Positions 26,789-36,248 of a DNA stretch of 64,000 nt are shown here, one piece after another. The DNA is taken from positions 19,009 through 83,008 of the forward strand of contig NVUH01000010.1 in assembly GCA_002401855.1 (NCBI GenBank). Direction: 5' to 3'. The notes under the pieces were generated by a model. It was given only the letters and a program-made list of their open reading frames with translations, searched no databases and was not told where the DNA came from. The number at the start of each line of letters is the position of its first letter. The stretch's first letter is position 1. Origin of the DNA: Hyphomicrobiales bacterium. GTDB lineage: Bacteria; Pseudomonadota; Alphaproteobacteria; Rhizobiales; OSC116. Made by a program: the position numbers and the translations under genes.

Positions 26789-27847
26789 TTGTTTAAAAAG
26801 AAAAATATTGGCTGGTTAATACTGGCTGTGGTGATTTTAATATCATTTTTTACCGTGCGTTTATTCATCCAACAGGGGCAGTTTCAAACCATTAAGTCAC
26901 AAAGTGAATATGCCTGTAAGGCCATTGAAGCGCCGTATGGGCCTGAGGATATGTTTGCCGATTATGACAATGGCATGCTGTATATTTCGGCCTCGCCACG
27001 GCATGATGAGAAAACACGTTTTGCCACAGATGGTGGCATTTATGTGTTGGATATGAATGCTAATGATGACAAAATTACGCCAATGATGGCGGATTTGAAC
27101 GAAAGATTCCGCCCGCATGGCATTAGCCTCTTCACGCTTAAAGATGGCGCAAAACGTCTATTTGTCATTAACCACCCAGCCAAAAATCAAAGCACGGTTG
27201 AAGTGTTTGATCTGGTGGCGGAGCAATTGCAACATGTGAAGACTGTAAATGGCCTTGAAGGCAATTATAATTCTATTGTGGCGATTGACGAGACGCGTTT
27301 TTATGCCACGCAAGATGGCAGTGGGCAGGGTGTTTTATCGGTCATTAAAGGGGTGTTTGGTTTAGAGCATGCCGAAATTATCTATTATGATGGTCAAAAA
27401 CTGAACGTTGTGGCTGATGGTTTTGTGTATGCCAATGGCATTGAATTGTCAGAAGATGGCCAACAATTATATGTGACTGATATGCTCAACCGCACCTTGG
27501 AATTTTTCGATCGTGATGTGGAGACAAATGCCTTGGTTAAAACGGGGGATCTTTATATGGATGCAGGTGTTGATAATATCAGACGCAACCCCGATGGTTC
27601 ATTCTTAATTGGTGGCCATCCCAAAATGTTCAGCACATTATTTTATCAATTGGGGCTTACTGACATAGCACCGAGCGTGGTTTTCCACGCTGTGCCGCCT
27701 AAAGATGACCAAGGTGGGGAGCTGCGGGTGGTCTATTTAGATGATGGCACACAGTTTTCTGGAGCATCAGGCGCGGTTAGATATGGCGATAAAATGTATG
27801 TAGCAAGCATTCGCGACAATCGAATCCTCAGTTGCACAAAAAATTAA
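26789..27847 (+). CDS. membrane-anchored beta-propeller protein, arylesterase/paraoxonase (PON/SMP-30)-like
   Basis: 352 aa, TTG start, one N-terminal TM helix. The body resembles the PON/arylesterase family (GPEDM..., HGISL, NGIE). Assigned from memory only. Confidence 0.55.
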   Translation: MFKKKNIGWLILAVVILISFFTVRLFIQQGQFQTIKSQSEYACKAIEAPYGPEDMFADYDNGMLYISASPRHDEKTRFATDGGIYVLDMNANDDKITPMMADLNERFRPHGISLFTLKDGAKRLFVINHPAKNQSTVEVFDLVAEQLQHVKTVNGLEGNYNSIVAIDETRFYATQDGSGQGVLSVIKGVFGLEHAEIIYYDGQKLNVVADGFVYANGIELSEDGQQLYVTDMLNRTLEFFDRDVETNALVKTGDLYMDAGVDNIRRNPDGSFLIGGHPKMFSTLFYQLGLTDIAPSVVFHAVPPKDDQGGELRVVYLDDGTQFSGASGAVRYGDKMYVASIRDNRILSCTKN

Positions 27848-27850
27848 TGA

Positions 27851-28879
27851 CTATTTCTCAGTGAGTTTTAACTCTATGCGGCGGTTGATTTCTTTGGCTT
27901 CATCGCTTTCGCCTTCGGCTAGCGGGTGATGCTCGCCAAAGCCTGCGGCCATAAGCCTGCGCGGTGGTACGCCGGCTTCGATTAGGGTGCGCACTACCGA
28001 TATGGCGCGTGCGGCGGATAATTCCCAGTTAGAGGCATAAGCTGATGATTTGATCGGTGTGCTGTCGGTATGTCCGTCAACTCTAAGCACCCAATTAATG
28101 TCATCAGGTATTTCGGTCGATATTTCCAATATAGCTTCGGCAATTTTTTGCAATTCGACAACGCCCAATTCATTAATCTCAACTTGGCCTTTGGAAAATA
28201 GCACTTCGGATTGGAACACAAAGCGGTCACCAACAATTTTTACATCTGAGCGCTTGGCTAAAATTTCGCGCAGGCGGCCAAAAAAGTTAGAGCGGTATTT
28301 AGACAATTGTTGCACTTTTTGTGCCAAAGCAAGGTTGAGGCGGCGGCCTAAATTGGCAATCTGCACTTGGTTTTTTTGGTCTTTGGCTTCGGCCGTATCA
28401 AGCACGGCACTGACCGAGGCAATTTGGCGGCGCAGAGAAGCGATTTGTAGGTTAAGCAATTCAACCTGCGCTAAGGCTTCGGATCTTATGCGGGTTTCGG
28501 CGGCTAATTTATCGTTTAAAACTGTGATGGCGCTGCCGGCTTGATTTTTTTCGGCATCATAGGCGGATAATAAGCCTGATAGGCGGCTCTTTTCCGATTC
28601 AGCATCAGCTAGATTTTGGCTTAATGAGGATATGGTTTCGGTCAGCGAGGCGCCGTTGCCTTTTTCGAGTGCTAACATTTGGGTCAGTTCTGACAATTGA
28701 CCTTTGAGGCGATCTAGCACACTGTCGCGGCCCGAGATTTCTTGGCTTAAGAAAAATTGGGCAAACATAAACACGGTCAGTAGAAAAATAAACACCAGTA
28801 ATATTGTTGACAAGGCATCAATAAAGCCCGGCCAAAAATTAACGTTTTCACGGCGTGATGAGCGGCGAGAGAAGGCCAT
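27851..28879 (-). CDS. MotB-like stator B-subunit with long coiled coil and OmpA-type PG-binding domain
   Basis: 342 aa. N-terminal TM helix carrying the conserved Asp (FWPGFIDALSTILLVFIF). About 150 aa of heptad-like coiled coil. C-terminal OmpA domain (VDGHTDSTPI...SNWELSAARA...NRRIELKL). Confidence 0.8.
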   Translation of the reverse strand: MAFSRRSSRRENVNFWPGFIDALSTILLVFIFLLTVFMFAQFFLSQEISGRDSVLDRLKGQLSELTQMLALEKGNGASLTETISSLSQNLADAESEKSRLSGLLSAYDAEKNQAGSAITVLNDKLAAETRIRSEALAQVELLNLQIASLRRQIASVSAVLDTAEAKDQKNQVQIANLGRRLNLALAQKVQQLSKYRSNFFGRLREILAKRSDVKIVGDRFVFQSEVLFSKGQVEINELGVVELQKIAEAILEISTEIPDDINWVLRVDGHTDSTPIKSSAYASNWELSAARAISVVRTLIEAGVPPRRLMAAGFGEHHPLAEGESDEAKEINRRIELKLTEK

Positions 28880-28884
28880 AAAGA

Positions 28885-29955
28885 TTAATCCCTTTCGTTA
28901 TCATTTGGGGGGTAATCTTGGTCATTTTGTTGCTCTTGATAATATTCAGCATTTTCTGGGTTCTGGGCTTGCAAGCGTTGCAACAGGCTGCTCATTTTTG
29001 CGTTTTGTTGGTTTTGATGGTCAACCAACACCCGCACATTTTCGCCTTCTTCGCGCACTTGCTCAGCAATGTGTTGCACGCCTTCGGCAATGCTGTTAAT
29101 GGCTTCATTGCCAGCAATGGAATTGAATACATGTTCATCCATGCGGCTGTCCATTTTGGCGATAGATTTTTGCATATCTTGAATGGCAAAATTAATTTGC
29201 GGCGTTGCAGCTGAGCTGCCATACGCAGCTTCACGCGAACCATCGGTAATGTCGGTTACGGTTGAGAGCCAGTCTTCTAACTCCAAATAAAAGCGATTTT
29301 GGGCTTGGTTGGCTTGAATGTCCATAAAACCGATGACCAATGAGCCTGCCAGACCAAATAGCGACGATGAAAAAGCGGTGGCCATGCCTTGTAACGGCGC
29401 TTCAAGCCCGGCTTTAAGCTCTTCAAACACTGCCGAAGGTTCACCTGCGCCAGCATCTAGGCCGCTAATGGTGCCGGCAATGGAGTTAAGTGTCCCCAGC
29501 AAGCCCCAAAATGTACCGAGCAAGCCTAAAAATACCAGCAGGCCTGTGATGTAGCGCGAAATTTCATGCGCTTCATCAAGCCGCGCGCCAATCGAATCAA
29601 GCAAGGTACGCATACTATTGGTGCTTAAGGTCACTTCACCTGTTTGGTTGCCAAGCATGGTGGCCATCGGCGCGAGCAATTTGGGCTGGCGGCCGCTTTG
29701 AATGCTAGGGTCGGCAATACGCAGATTGTTAAGCCATCTAATTTCGGGATATAGGCTCAAAATTTGGCGAATGGTGAACAGAATGCCAAATAGTATGGTG
29801 AAAAATATCAAACCGTTTAAAAACGGGTTGGACATAAAAGCATCAATGAGATCTTTATAAAGAATGGTCACGGCAATGGATACAAACGCCAGAAATATCA
29901 GCATACGCAAAATGAACATTCTAGGTTTGGTTATTTTTCTAGCTTCATATTGCAT
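28885..29955 (-). CDS. MotA/TolQ/ExbB-family proton-channel protein with Q/E/N-rich C-terminal tail
   Basis: 356 aa with N-terminal TM helices. Channel signature region LGLLGTFWGLLGTLNSI ... GMATAFSSSLFGLAGSLVIGF. About 110-aa hydrophilic tail. Lies 5 nt upstream of the MotB-like gene. Confidence 0.75.
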   Translation of the reverse strand: MQYEARKITKPRMFILRMLIFLAFVSIAVTILYKDLIDAFMSNPFLNGLIFFTILFGILFTIRQILSLYPEIRWLNNLRIADPSIQSGRQPKLLAPMATMLGNQTGEVTLSTNSMRTLLDSIGARLDEAHEISRYITGLLVFLGLLGTFWGLLGTLNSIAGTISGLDAGAGEPSAVFEELKAGLEAPLQGMATAFSSSLFGLAGSLVIGFMDIQANQAQNRFYLELEDWLSTVTDITDGSREAAYGSSAATPQINFAIQDMQKSIAKMDSRMDEHVFNSIAGNEAINSIAEGVQHIAEQVREEGENVRVLVDHQNQQNAKMSSLLQRLQAQNPENAEYYQEQQNDQDYPPNDNERD

Positions 29956-30039
29956 TATTATTCATTTCTTTAGATAGTGGCCGTTATTTTCGTCGATATT
30001 ACATACTATTTAGGTTTTGTTAACTATAATCTACACGGC

Positions 30040-30072
30040 AAAAAAAAATGGTCAAGTGAATGACCATTTTTT
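30040..30072. terminator. Bidirectional terminator downstream of suhB
   Basis: Stem atggtca / tgaccat flanked by A9 and T6 runs. Confidence 0.7.
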
Positions 30073-30100
30073 AAACGCTAAATATGGGTTTTATAGGGCG

Positions 30101-30889
30101 TTATGTTTCAACCCGCAGCAATTCGATAAATTGCGGCATTAATTCTTTATTTGTAGCGGCAATGCGGCCTGAATTAAAATCAAATTCATCGCCATTTAAG
30201 TCTGCGACCAGGCCACCAGCTTCTTGTACCATCAGCACACCAGCTGCGATGTCCCATATTTTAAGGCCAGATTCATAAAAACAATCGGTGCGGCCAGCGG
30301 CAAGTTGTGCCAAATCCAAAGCCGAGCTACCTGTCATACGCAGGCCATGGGTGCGGTTTTGGGCGCGGGCTAAGCGGCGATAATAGATGCCAGCATCTTC
30401 GCGCAAACCACCGCTGCCAGAGGCCACCAATGAATCTGCAATATGTTGGCGGGCGGTCATGTTCATTTTCATGTCATTTAAAAATGAACCACGGTTTAGT
30501 TCGGCTTCATATAATTCATCGGTAATCGGGTTGTAAATCACCCCTGCGTGGATTTTGCCATCGCGCTCTAGTGCCAATGATATACAGAAATTAGGGTTAG
30601 CATGCATAAAATTCATCGTGCCGTCAATTGGGTCGATGATCCAACGATGGGTTTTGTCAGTGCCGATGGTTTCACCAGCTTCTTCGCTTAAAATGCCATA
30701 ACCTGGGCGGGCTTCGACTAATTCTTCAATCAATCTTTCTTCGATGCGAAGGTCAGCAGATGTCACAAAGTCTTGCGGGCCTTTGCGCGAGATTTGTAGC
30801 TTTTCTACTTCGCCAAAATCGCGCACCAAACTACGTGCCACTTTGCGCACGGCGTTGACCATTACGTTTAATAGGGCTGTACGTGCCAT
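30101..30889 (-). CDS. suhB: inositol monophosphatase family protein
   Basis: 262 aa with motifs SEE...., WIIDPIDGT.NF and DIAAG. Confidence 0.85.
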   Translation of the reverse strand: MARTALLNVMVNAVRKVARSLVRDFGEVEKLQISRKGPQDFVTSADLRIEERLIEELVEARPGYGILSEEAGETIGTDKTHRWIIDPIDGTMNFMHANPNFCISLALERDGKIHAGVIYNPITDELYEAELNRGSFLNDMKMNMTARQHIADSLVASGSGGLREDAGIYYRRLARAQNRTHGLRMTGSSALDLAQLAAGRTDCFYESGLKIWDIAAGVLMVQEAGGLVADLNGDEFDFNSGRIAATNKELMPQFIELLRVET

Positions 30890-30907
30890 ATCTTATCCTT
30901 AAAATTA

Positions 30908-31474
30908 TTACTTATCTGCGCGGCGCAGATAAGTCAGTTCATTGGTATCAACCACAATCATTTCATCAATTTTAATGAAAGGTGGTACTGTCACCCGCAC
31001 GCCATTTTCTAGCGTGGCAGGTTTAAAGCTATTGGCGGCAGTTTGACCTTTGACCACAGGCTCAGTGTCGGCAATGCGCAAAGTTACTTGATCGGGCAAT
31101 TTAATGCCAATAGGTTTTTCGTCATAAGATTCAACCACAACCTTCATGCCATCTTGCAAAAATTTAGCACGGTCACCAACAAATGCAGTTTCAAGCTCAA
31201 TCTGTTCATAGCTTTCAACATGCATAAACATCAGCATGTCGCCATCGGCATATAGGAAGGTATAATCATCTTGTTCCAAACGCACACGTTCTACTGTTTC
31301 GCTAGAGCGGAAGCGTTCGTTTAACTTTGTACCGCAAGTGATGCTTTTCAGCTCCACTTGGGCGAATGCACCGCCTTTGCCCGGCTTTACGGCTTGGGTT
31401 TTGACGGCAATGAATAGGTCATTTTTATATTCAATGATGTTGCCGATACGAATTTCATTGCCATTGATTTTCAT
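30908..31474 (-). CDS. efp: elongation factor P
   Basis: 188 aa with [15 protein letters not shown] and three OB/KOW-like domains. Confidence 0.95.
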   Translation of the reverse strand: MKINGNEIRIGNIIEYKNDLFIAVKTQAVKPGKGGAFAQVELKSITCGTKLNERFRSSETVERVRLEQDDYTFLYADGDMLMFMHVESYEQIELETAFVGDRAKFLQDGMKVVVESYDEKPIGIKLPDQVTLRIADTEPVVKGQTAANSFKPATLENGVRVTVPPFIKIDEMIVVDTNELTYLRRADK

Positions 31475-31584
31475 TTTGCTGACGCCTTTAATTATATATC
31501 AGAGCTGAATTAGCGCGAAACTAACACAGTCGCTACATATTGCACGCAATATTTGTCATTATTGTCAAATTATAGCGGTTATTG

Positions 31585-32670
31585 TTAATTTTTTAGGCTG
31601 AGAAATTGCTGTGCTGTGGCTTTTGTCCAAATATTGGCCATTTTTTGACCCTTTTCCAAAAACTCTTTGGGCAATTTATTAAACTCTTGCTCAAGCCAAC
31701 TGTCTTCGGCGCCAGATTTTAGTGCCAAACGGTACAGCATTACGGCAATTGATGCGTCTTTTCTCACCCCAACGCCTTTATAATAAAGTCGTGATAACCG
31801 TGTCTGTGCCACGGCTTGGCCTAAATTGGCAGCCTTTTTGAGCCAAAATACCGCTTGGTCTAAATCGCGGTCAATGCCCTTGCCATTAAACGCCATAATG
31901 GCGTAGCGCACCATGGCATCGGAGCGGCCATTTTGTGCCGCCTGTTGCATGTAGCGTGCTGCCATTGTGTGGTTTTGTTTGATGCCTTTGCCAAGGCTAT
32001 AAAGGGTTGATACATCCACTTGGCTCTGGTGGTGGCCGTTGTCGGCAGCGCGTTTGAACCATTTAAACGCCTTGGTATAATCGGCGGCTTGGCCTGCCAA
32101 ACCAGCGTAGATTATGGCTAGATTATATTGGGCAATCAGATGATCTGCTTTGGCGGCTTTTTGAAAATAAAGCTTGGCTTCAGAAATGTTTTTATCCAGA
32201 CCTATGCCTTGGGAGAGGGCATAACCAAAGGTAAAAGCCGCTTCGCTATGATCCATATTGGCGGCTTTGCGATACCATGATAAAGCTTGTTTGATATCAA
32301 CCTGAGTGCCAAAGCCTTTGCGGTAAATCTCGCCCAATAAAAAAGCGGCGTCGGCGCTGCCTGCTTTGAATTCGCGTTTGGCAAGTTTGGCGGCGGTTTT
32401 ATATAGACCTTTGTCAAAGGCGTTATGGGCGGTGATTAGGTTTTTTTGCGTGGTTGTTGTTTTTATAATGGCGGGTTTGGTTGGCTGGGCATCGGGTAAT
32501 TGATCAGCTGATTGCTTAACAATTCCTTCGGGGTTTGGGGCTTGTACGCTGAGCTTTTGGTCAATCTCGGGCAGGGTGACAGGCTTTTCGGCGGCGTGGG
32601 CGGTCGTGGCAATCAATAGGTATAAAAGGCTTAGGCTAGATATGAAGATTTTGCGCATGAAATTCGCCAT
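31585..32670 (-). CDS. Sel1-repeat (SLR) exported protein
   Basis: 361 aa with a signal peptide. Six or more Sel1 units (A..WY.KAA..G...AQ..LG..Y..G.G pattern). Confidence 0.8.
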   Translation of the reverse strand: MANFMRKIFISSLSLLYLLIATTAHAAEKPVTLPEIDQKLSVQAPNPEGIVKQSADQLPDAQPTKPAIIKTTTTQKNLITAHNAFDKGLYKTAAKLAKREFKAGSADAAFLLGEIYRKGFGTQVDIKQALSWYRKAANMDHSEAAFTFGYALSQGIGLDKNISEAKLYFQKAAKADHLIAQYNLAIIYAGLAGQAADYTKAFKWFKRAADNGHHQSQVDVSTLYSLGKGIKQNHTMAARYMQQAAQNGRSDAMVRYAIMAFNGKGIDRDLDQAVFWLKKAANLGQAVAQTRLSRLYYKGVGVRKDASIAVMLYRLALKSGAEDSWLEQEFNKLPKEFLEKGQKMANIWTKATAQQFLSLKN

Positions 32671-32704
32671 TATTTAGGTTTTAGCATTATTGAGGTTTAA
32701 CTGG

Positions 32705-33325
32705 CTAATTGAGCTGTTTTGCGCGCAATTGGCTCAGCCATTGTTCTGGGGCATTTATGCTCCAGAAATTAGGCAATAATGCGACAAAATCTGGATATTC
32801 GTCAGAAAAGTTGATTTTTCTAATGTCTTGTTCGGCGTCTAGATAAGCAATGGCGGGAATGGAAAACATTTCTTGCCACCAGATCACTAAGTCGATGATG
32901 TGTTGATTGGTTTTAGGTTCAGCTTGGTCATCATAATTGGGGCCGAAAGCCACATAATCAGCATTTAGTTCACCAAATGACATGGCGTCATGTTTGGATG
33001 CACCAATGTAAGCGCCAATGATGAAATTTTCACCCAAAGCTTGGCGCACGCTTTTAAAATGGGAAATTTCGGAGCCAATTTGCACGCCATCAGCCAGCAA
33101 TATATTCATGGTGGCAACATCTTTAGATATAATCACTGCGATGTTTTGGCGTTGTACGGCCTCGACCAATCTCTTCAATTGGTCAGGCTCATTGAGTTCA
33201 ATACAGTCAGTGTTGATTAAAAAGGCAGCGGTGTCGACAGAGCTGATGGTGTTGATCACATGTTCTATGTCGTCATCAGTTAATTCCTGAGCAGGGCTAG
33301 AAAAATAAAATCGGCTGTCCATCAT
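32705..33325 (-). CDS. thiamine-phosphate synthase (ThiE/TenI) superfamily protein, function uncertain
   Basis: 206 aa. Weak TMP-TENI-like layout (ADGVQIG, GAS.H, ADYVAFGP). Assigned from motif recollection only. Confidence 0.4.
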   Translation of the reverse strand: MMDSRFYFSSPAQELTDDDIEHVINTISSVDTAAFLINTDCIELNEPDQLKRLVEAVQRQNIAVIISKDVATMNILLADGVQIGSEISHFKSVRQALGENFIIGAYIGASKHDAMSFGELNADYVAFGPNYDDQAEPKTNQHIIDLVIWWQEMFSIPAIAYLDAEQDIRKINFSDEYPDFVALLPNFWSINAPEQWLSQLRAKQLN

Positions 33326-33402
33326 AAACTATCTACCATAAATTAAGCGCCATAAATCAAGTACCTTAAATTAAGCACTATAATTTACGTAGTTGGTGCT
33401 TT

Positions 33403-33984
33403 TTATTTAATTTCACTTATGTTGGTGATGATTTTGCTAACCAAACCATATTTAACAGCTTGTTCATTGGTCAACCAGAAATCGCGATCTGTATCTTTTT
33501 CGATTTGTTTTATGTTTTGGCCAGTGGCTTCTACAAAGATTTGATTTAGGCGCGCACGCATTTTTACAATTTCATCACGTTGGATTTTAATGTCCGATGC
33601 TGTGCCGCCAATGCCGCCAGCTGGTTGATGTAATAAAAAGCGGGTGTTGGGCAGGGAATAGCGATCGGCTTTATCGGCTGCCACAAAAATAAGTGCGCCA
33701 GCGGATGCTGCATAGCCAGTGGCAACAATGCGCACTTGGGGTGCGATAAATTTAATCATATCGTGAATCATATCACCGGCTTCAACATGGCCACCATTAG
33801 AGTTGATGATGACAGTGATTGGATCGTCATTTTCAAAAGCCATGGCTAATAATTTGGCACATATTGGCTGCGCCATGTCTAAATTAATTTCACCGACAAT
33901 CATAATGGTACGCGACTTATGCATATTGTCATTGACAATGTTAGACATGTTGTCGTCTTTTTTGGCTTCATCTTTTTTCGTCAT
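33403..33984 (-). CDS. ClpP-family serine protease subunit (stand-alone paralog)
   Basis: 193 aa. The catalytic triad context is retained: GYAASAGALIF (Ser), LLHQP (His), DTDRDFW (Asp). No clpX or clpA is adjacent. Confidence 0.8.
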   Translation of the reverse strand: MTKKDEAKKDDNMSNIVNDNMHKSRTIMIVGEINLDMAQPICAKLLAMAFENDDPITVIINSNGGHVEAGDMIHDMIKFIAPQVRIVATGYAASAGALIFVAADKADRYSLPNTRFLLHQPAGGIGGTASDIKIQRDEIVKMRARLNQIFVEATGQNIKQIEKDTDRDFWLTNEQAVKYGLVSKIITNISEIK

Positions 33985-34285
33985 TTTTCTCTTTCCGAAT
34001 CAAATAGCTTTTCTGGTGCTGATACTAATCAGCTTATGTTTTGAATGCAACAATAGGTCAAAAAATATGAAACTATGCTTAACATGTATGGAGATAGCTA
34101 TGAATGGTTTCAATTACAATTATATTTTTACGTAATTTAAATCGCAAAGCCAACAGAATTGTAAATTTTATAGAAGCGCCTATATCAATTGCATGTATAA
34201 TTTTTAACGGTGTGGATAGTTTTGTCATTTATTGGCAGCTTTGATGGTGTGAGAATTGCGACAAATTTAGTGATAATACAATAAG

Positions 34286-34912
34286 ATGGAGATAGAAAAT
34301 ATGATTAAACCAGCGAGTTTTTGGAATTTTTTGGCTGACAAATATGCCAGAGACCCAGTTGTTGATGAAGCGTCTTATCAGCATAAATTGGCCAAAAGCC
34401 GAGACTATTTTACCAATGAGTTTGAAATTCTTGAAATTGGCAGTGGCACCGGTTCTACGGCAATTTCGCACGCGCCTTTCGTCAAAAGCGTGCTTGCCAC
34501 AGATATATCCGAAAAAATGATCGCTATATCCAATGCAAAATTGGTGGATAGTGACATTGACAATGTGACTTTTAAATTATCTTCCATCGATGATTTAGAC
34601 ATTGAAGATGAAAGTCTAGATGCTGTGTTGGCGTTGAGCGTATTGCATTTGGTCAAAGATAAAGACCAAGTGATCGCCAAAATTTATAAAATGCTAAAAC
34701 CTGATGGGGTGTTTATCAGCAGCACGGTTTGTTTGGAAGATGATAGCAAGATTGCTAAATTTATTGCTCCGATTGGGCGTTTAATTGGTCTGATATTAAA
34801 ACCGTTGACCCAAAAAGGCCTTATGCAGAGCATGGAAAGATCAGGTTTTCAGATTGATTATAGTTGGACGCCGAAGACCAGTAGCACGGTGTTTATAATC
34901 GCTAAAAAATAA
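34286..34912 (+). CDS. class I SAM-dependent methyltransferase
   Basis: 208 aa with motif I ILEIGSGTG, post-I ATDISEKM, and a Methyltransf_11/25-like layout. Confidence 0.75.
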   Translation: MEIENMIKPASFWNFLADKYARDPVVDEASYQHKLAKSRDYFTNEFEILEIGSGTGSTAISHAPFVKSVLATDISEKMIAISNAKLVDSDIDNVTFKLSSIDDLDIEDESLDAVLALSVLHLVKDKDQVIAKIYKMLKPDGVFISSTVCLEDDSKIAKFIAPIGRLIGLILKPLTQKGLMQSMERSGFQIDYSWTPKTSSTVFIIAKK

Positions 34913-34943
34913 GCGTGCCATGAAGACACGCTTATTGGATTTA

Positions 34944-36140
34944 TTATTTATTCAGCGCTTCAACGCCAGGCAGGGGCTTGCCTTCGAGCCATTCTAAAAA
35001 TGCCCCACCAGCTGTTGAGATATAGGTAAAATCTTGCGCCGCGCCCGATTTATTGAGCGCTGCCACGGTGTCACCACCACCTGCAACTGAAATTAACTTG
35101 CCTTCGCGGGTGAGTTTCGCCACATGCATAGCCACCTCATTGGTGCCAATGTCAAAGGGTTCAATCTCAAATGCACCCATGGGGCCGTTCCACACCACGG
35201 TTTTGGCATTGTCGAACTGAACTTTAAGCGCGGCAATGGCGCGTGAGCCAATGTCTAAAATCATATCATCATCAGCGACATCTTGCACGGGCAGGTTGGC
35301 GCTATCGGCATGCTGTTTAAATTCTTTGGCACAGGCCACATCGACAGGTAGTAAGATTTTGCAATTTGCAGCATCGGCTTTGCCCATAATTTCGAGCGCT
35401 GTGCCGGTTAAGTCATGCTCACATAGGCTTTTGCCAACGGGTTGGTTAAGGGCTGCTAGGAATGTATTGGCCATGCCACCACCGATCACCAAAGCATCAA
35501 CCTTTTCGACTAAATTGCCGAGTAAATCGAGTTTGGATGAAACTTTTGCGCCGCCCACTACGGCAATCACTGGATGTTGAGGCTCGCCCAATGCGCTGTT
35601 CAAGGCGTTTAATTCTTCTTCCATCGCGCGGCCAGCGGCAGATGGTAAAAGCTTAGCGATGCCAACCGTTGATACATGGGCGCGATGTGCGGCGCTGAAT
35701 GCGTCATTGACGTATATGTCGCCCAAAGCGGCCATTTTTTTTGCCAATTTAGGGTCGTTTTTGGTTTCACCAGCGTGGAAGCGGGTGTTTTCGAGCAAGA
35801 ATATATCGCCAGCTTTGGCGTTTTTTGTACCCTCTGCGGCTTTGTCATCAACCCAATCGGTGGCAATAAAGGTTACCTCTTTGTCAATAATCTTGGCCAC
35901 AACAGAGGCGATTGGCGCGAGACTCATTTCAGGCACAACCGCACCATTGGGGCGGCCGAAATGGGCTAGCAACAGCACGATTGCGCCTTTGTCAGCTAGC
36001 TCTTTAATGGTGGCAGCAACCCGGTCAATGCGGGTGGTGTCGGATACTTTGCCATCGATGAATGGCACGTTTAAATCAACCCGCAACAATACGCGTTTGC
36101 CGTTAAGTTCATAATCATCTAATGTGTGGAATTCTGACAT
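34944..36140 (-). CDS. pgk: phosphoglycerate kinase
   Basis: 398 aa with RVDLNVP, HFGRP and GGGDT (GGGDTVAAL). Confidence 0.95.
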   Translation of the reverse strand: MSEFHTLDDYELNGKRVLLRVDLNVPFIDGKVSDTTRIDRVAATIKELADKGAIVLLLAHFGRPNGAVVPEMSLAPIASVVAKIIDKEVTFIATDWVDDKAAEGTKNAKAGDIFLLENTRFHAGETKNDPKLAKKMAALGDIYVNDAFSAAHRAHVSTVGIAKLLPSAAGRAMEEELNALNSALGEPQHPVIAVVGGAKVSSKLDLLGNLVEKVDALVIGGGMANTFLAALNQPVGKSLCEHDLTGTALEIMGKADAANCKILLPVDVACAKEFKQHADSANLPVQDVADDDMILDIGSRAIAALKVQFDNAKTVVWNGPMGAFEIEPFDIGTNEVAMHVAKLTREGKLISVAGGGDTVAALNKSGAAQDFTYISTAGGAFLEWLEGKPLPGVEALNK

Positions 36141-36167
36141 TTGTCTGTCCTTAAATTCGAGTTTTTA

Positions 36168-36204
36168 ATAAAAAAGCCTCGCTATCCAAAAGAATAACGA
36201 GGCT
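36168..36204 (-). terminator. Hairpin/terminator between gap and pgk (minus strand)
   Basis: Stem agcctcg / cgaggct with a long loop, and a T-run on the minus strand. Confidence 0.5.
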
Positions 36205-36248
36205 CTTTGTAATAAGCCACCAGGGCTAAATAAGCCTAAATGGTAAAA

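Noticed and set aside
27851-29955. Calling the MotA/MotB-like pair a Zorya anti-phage system.
   Set aside because: No ZorC/ZorD/ZorE-like genes are adjacent. The A-subunit tail (about 110 aa) is far shorter than ZorA tails. The context is housekeeping (efp, suhB). I kept it only as an uncharacterised stator-like pair.
34211-34219. DnaA-box-like tgtggatag.
   Set aside because: It is a single 8-of-9 match with no cluster of boxes, no AT-rich unwinding element context, and no dnaA, dnaN or hemE-type neighbours.
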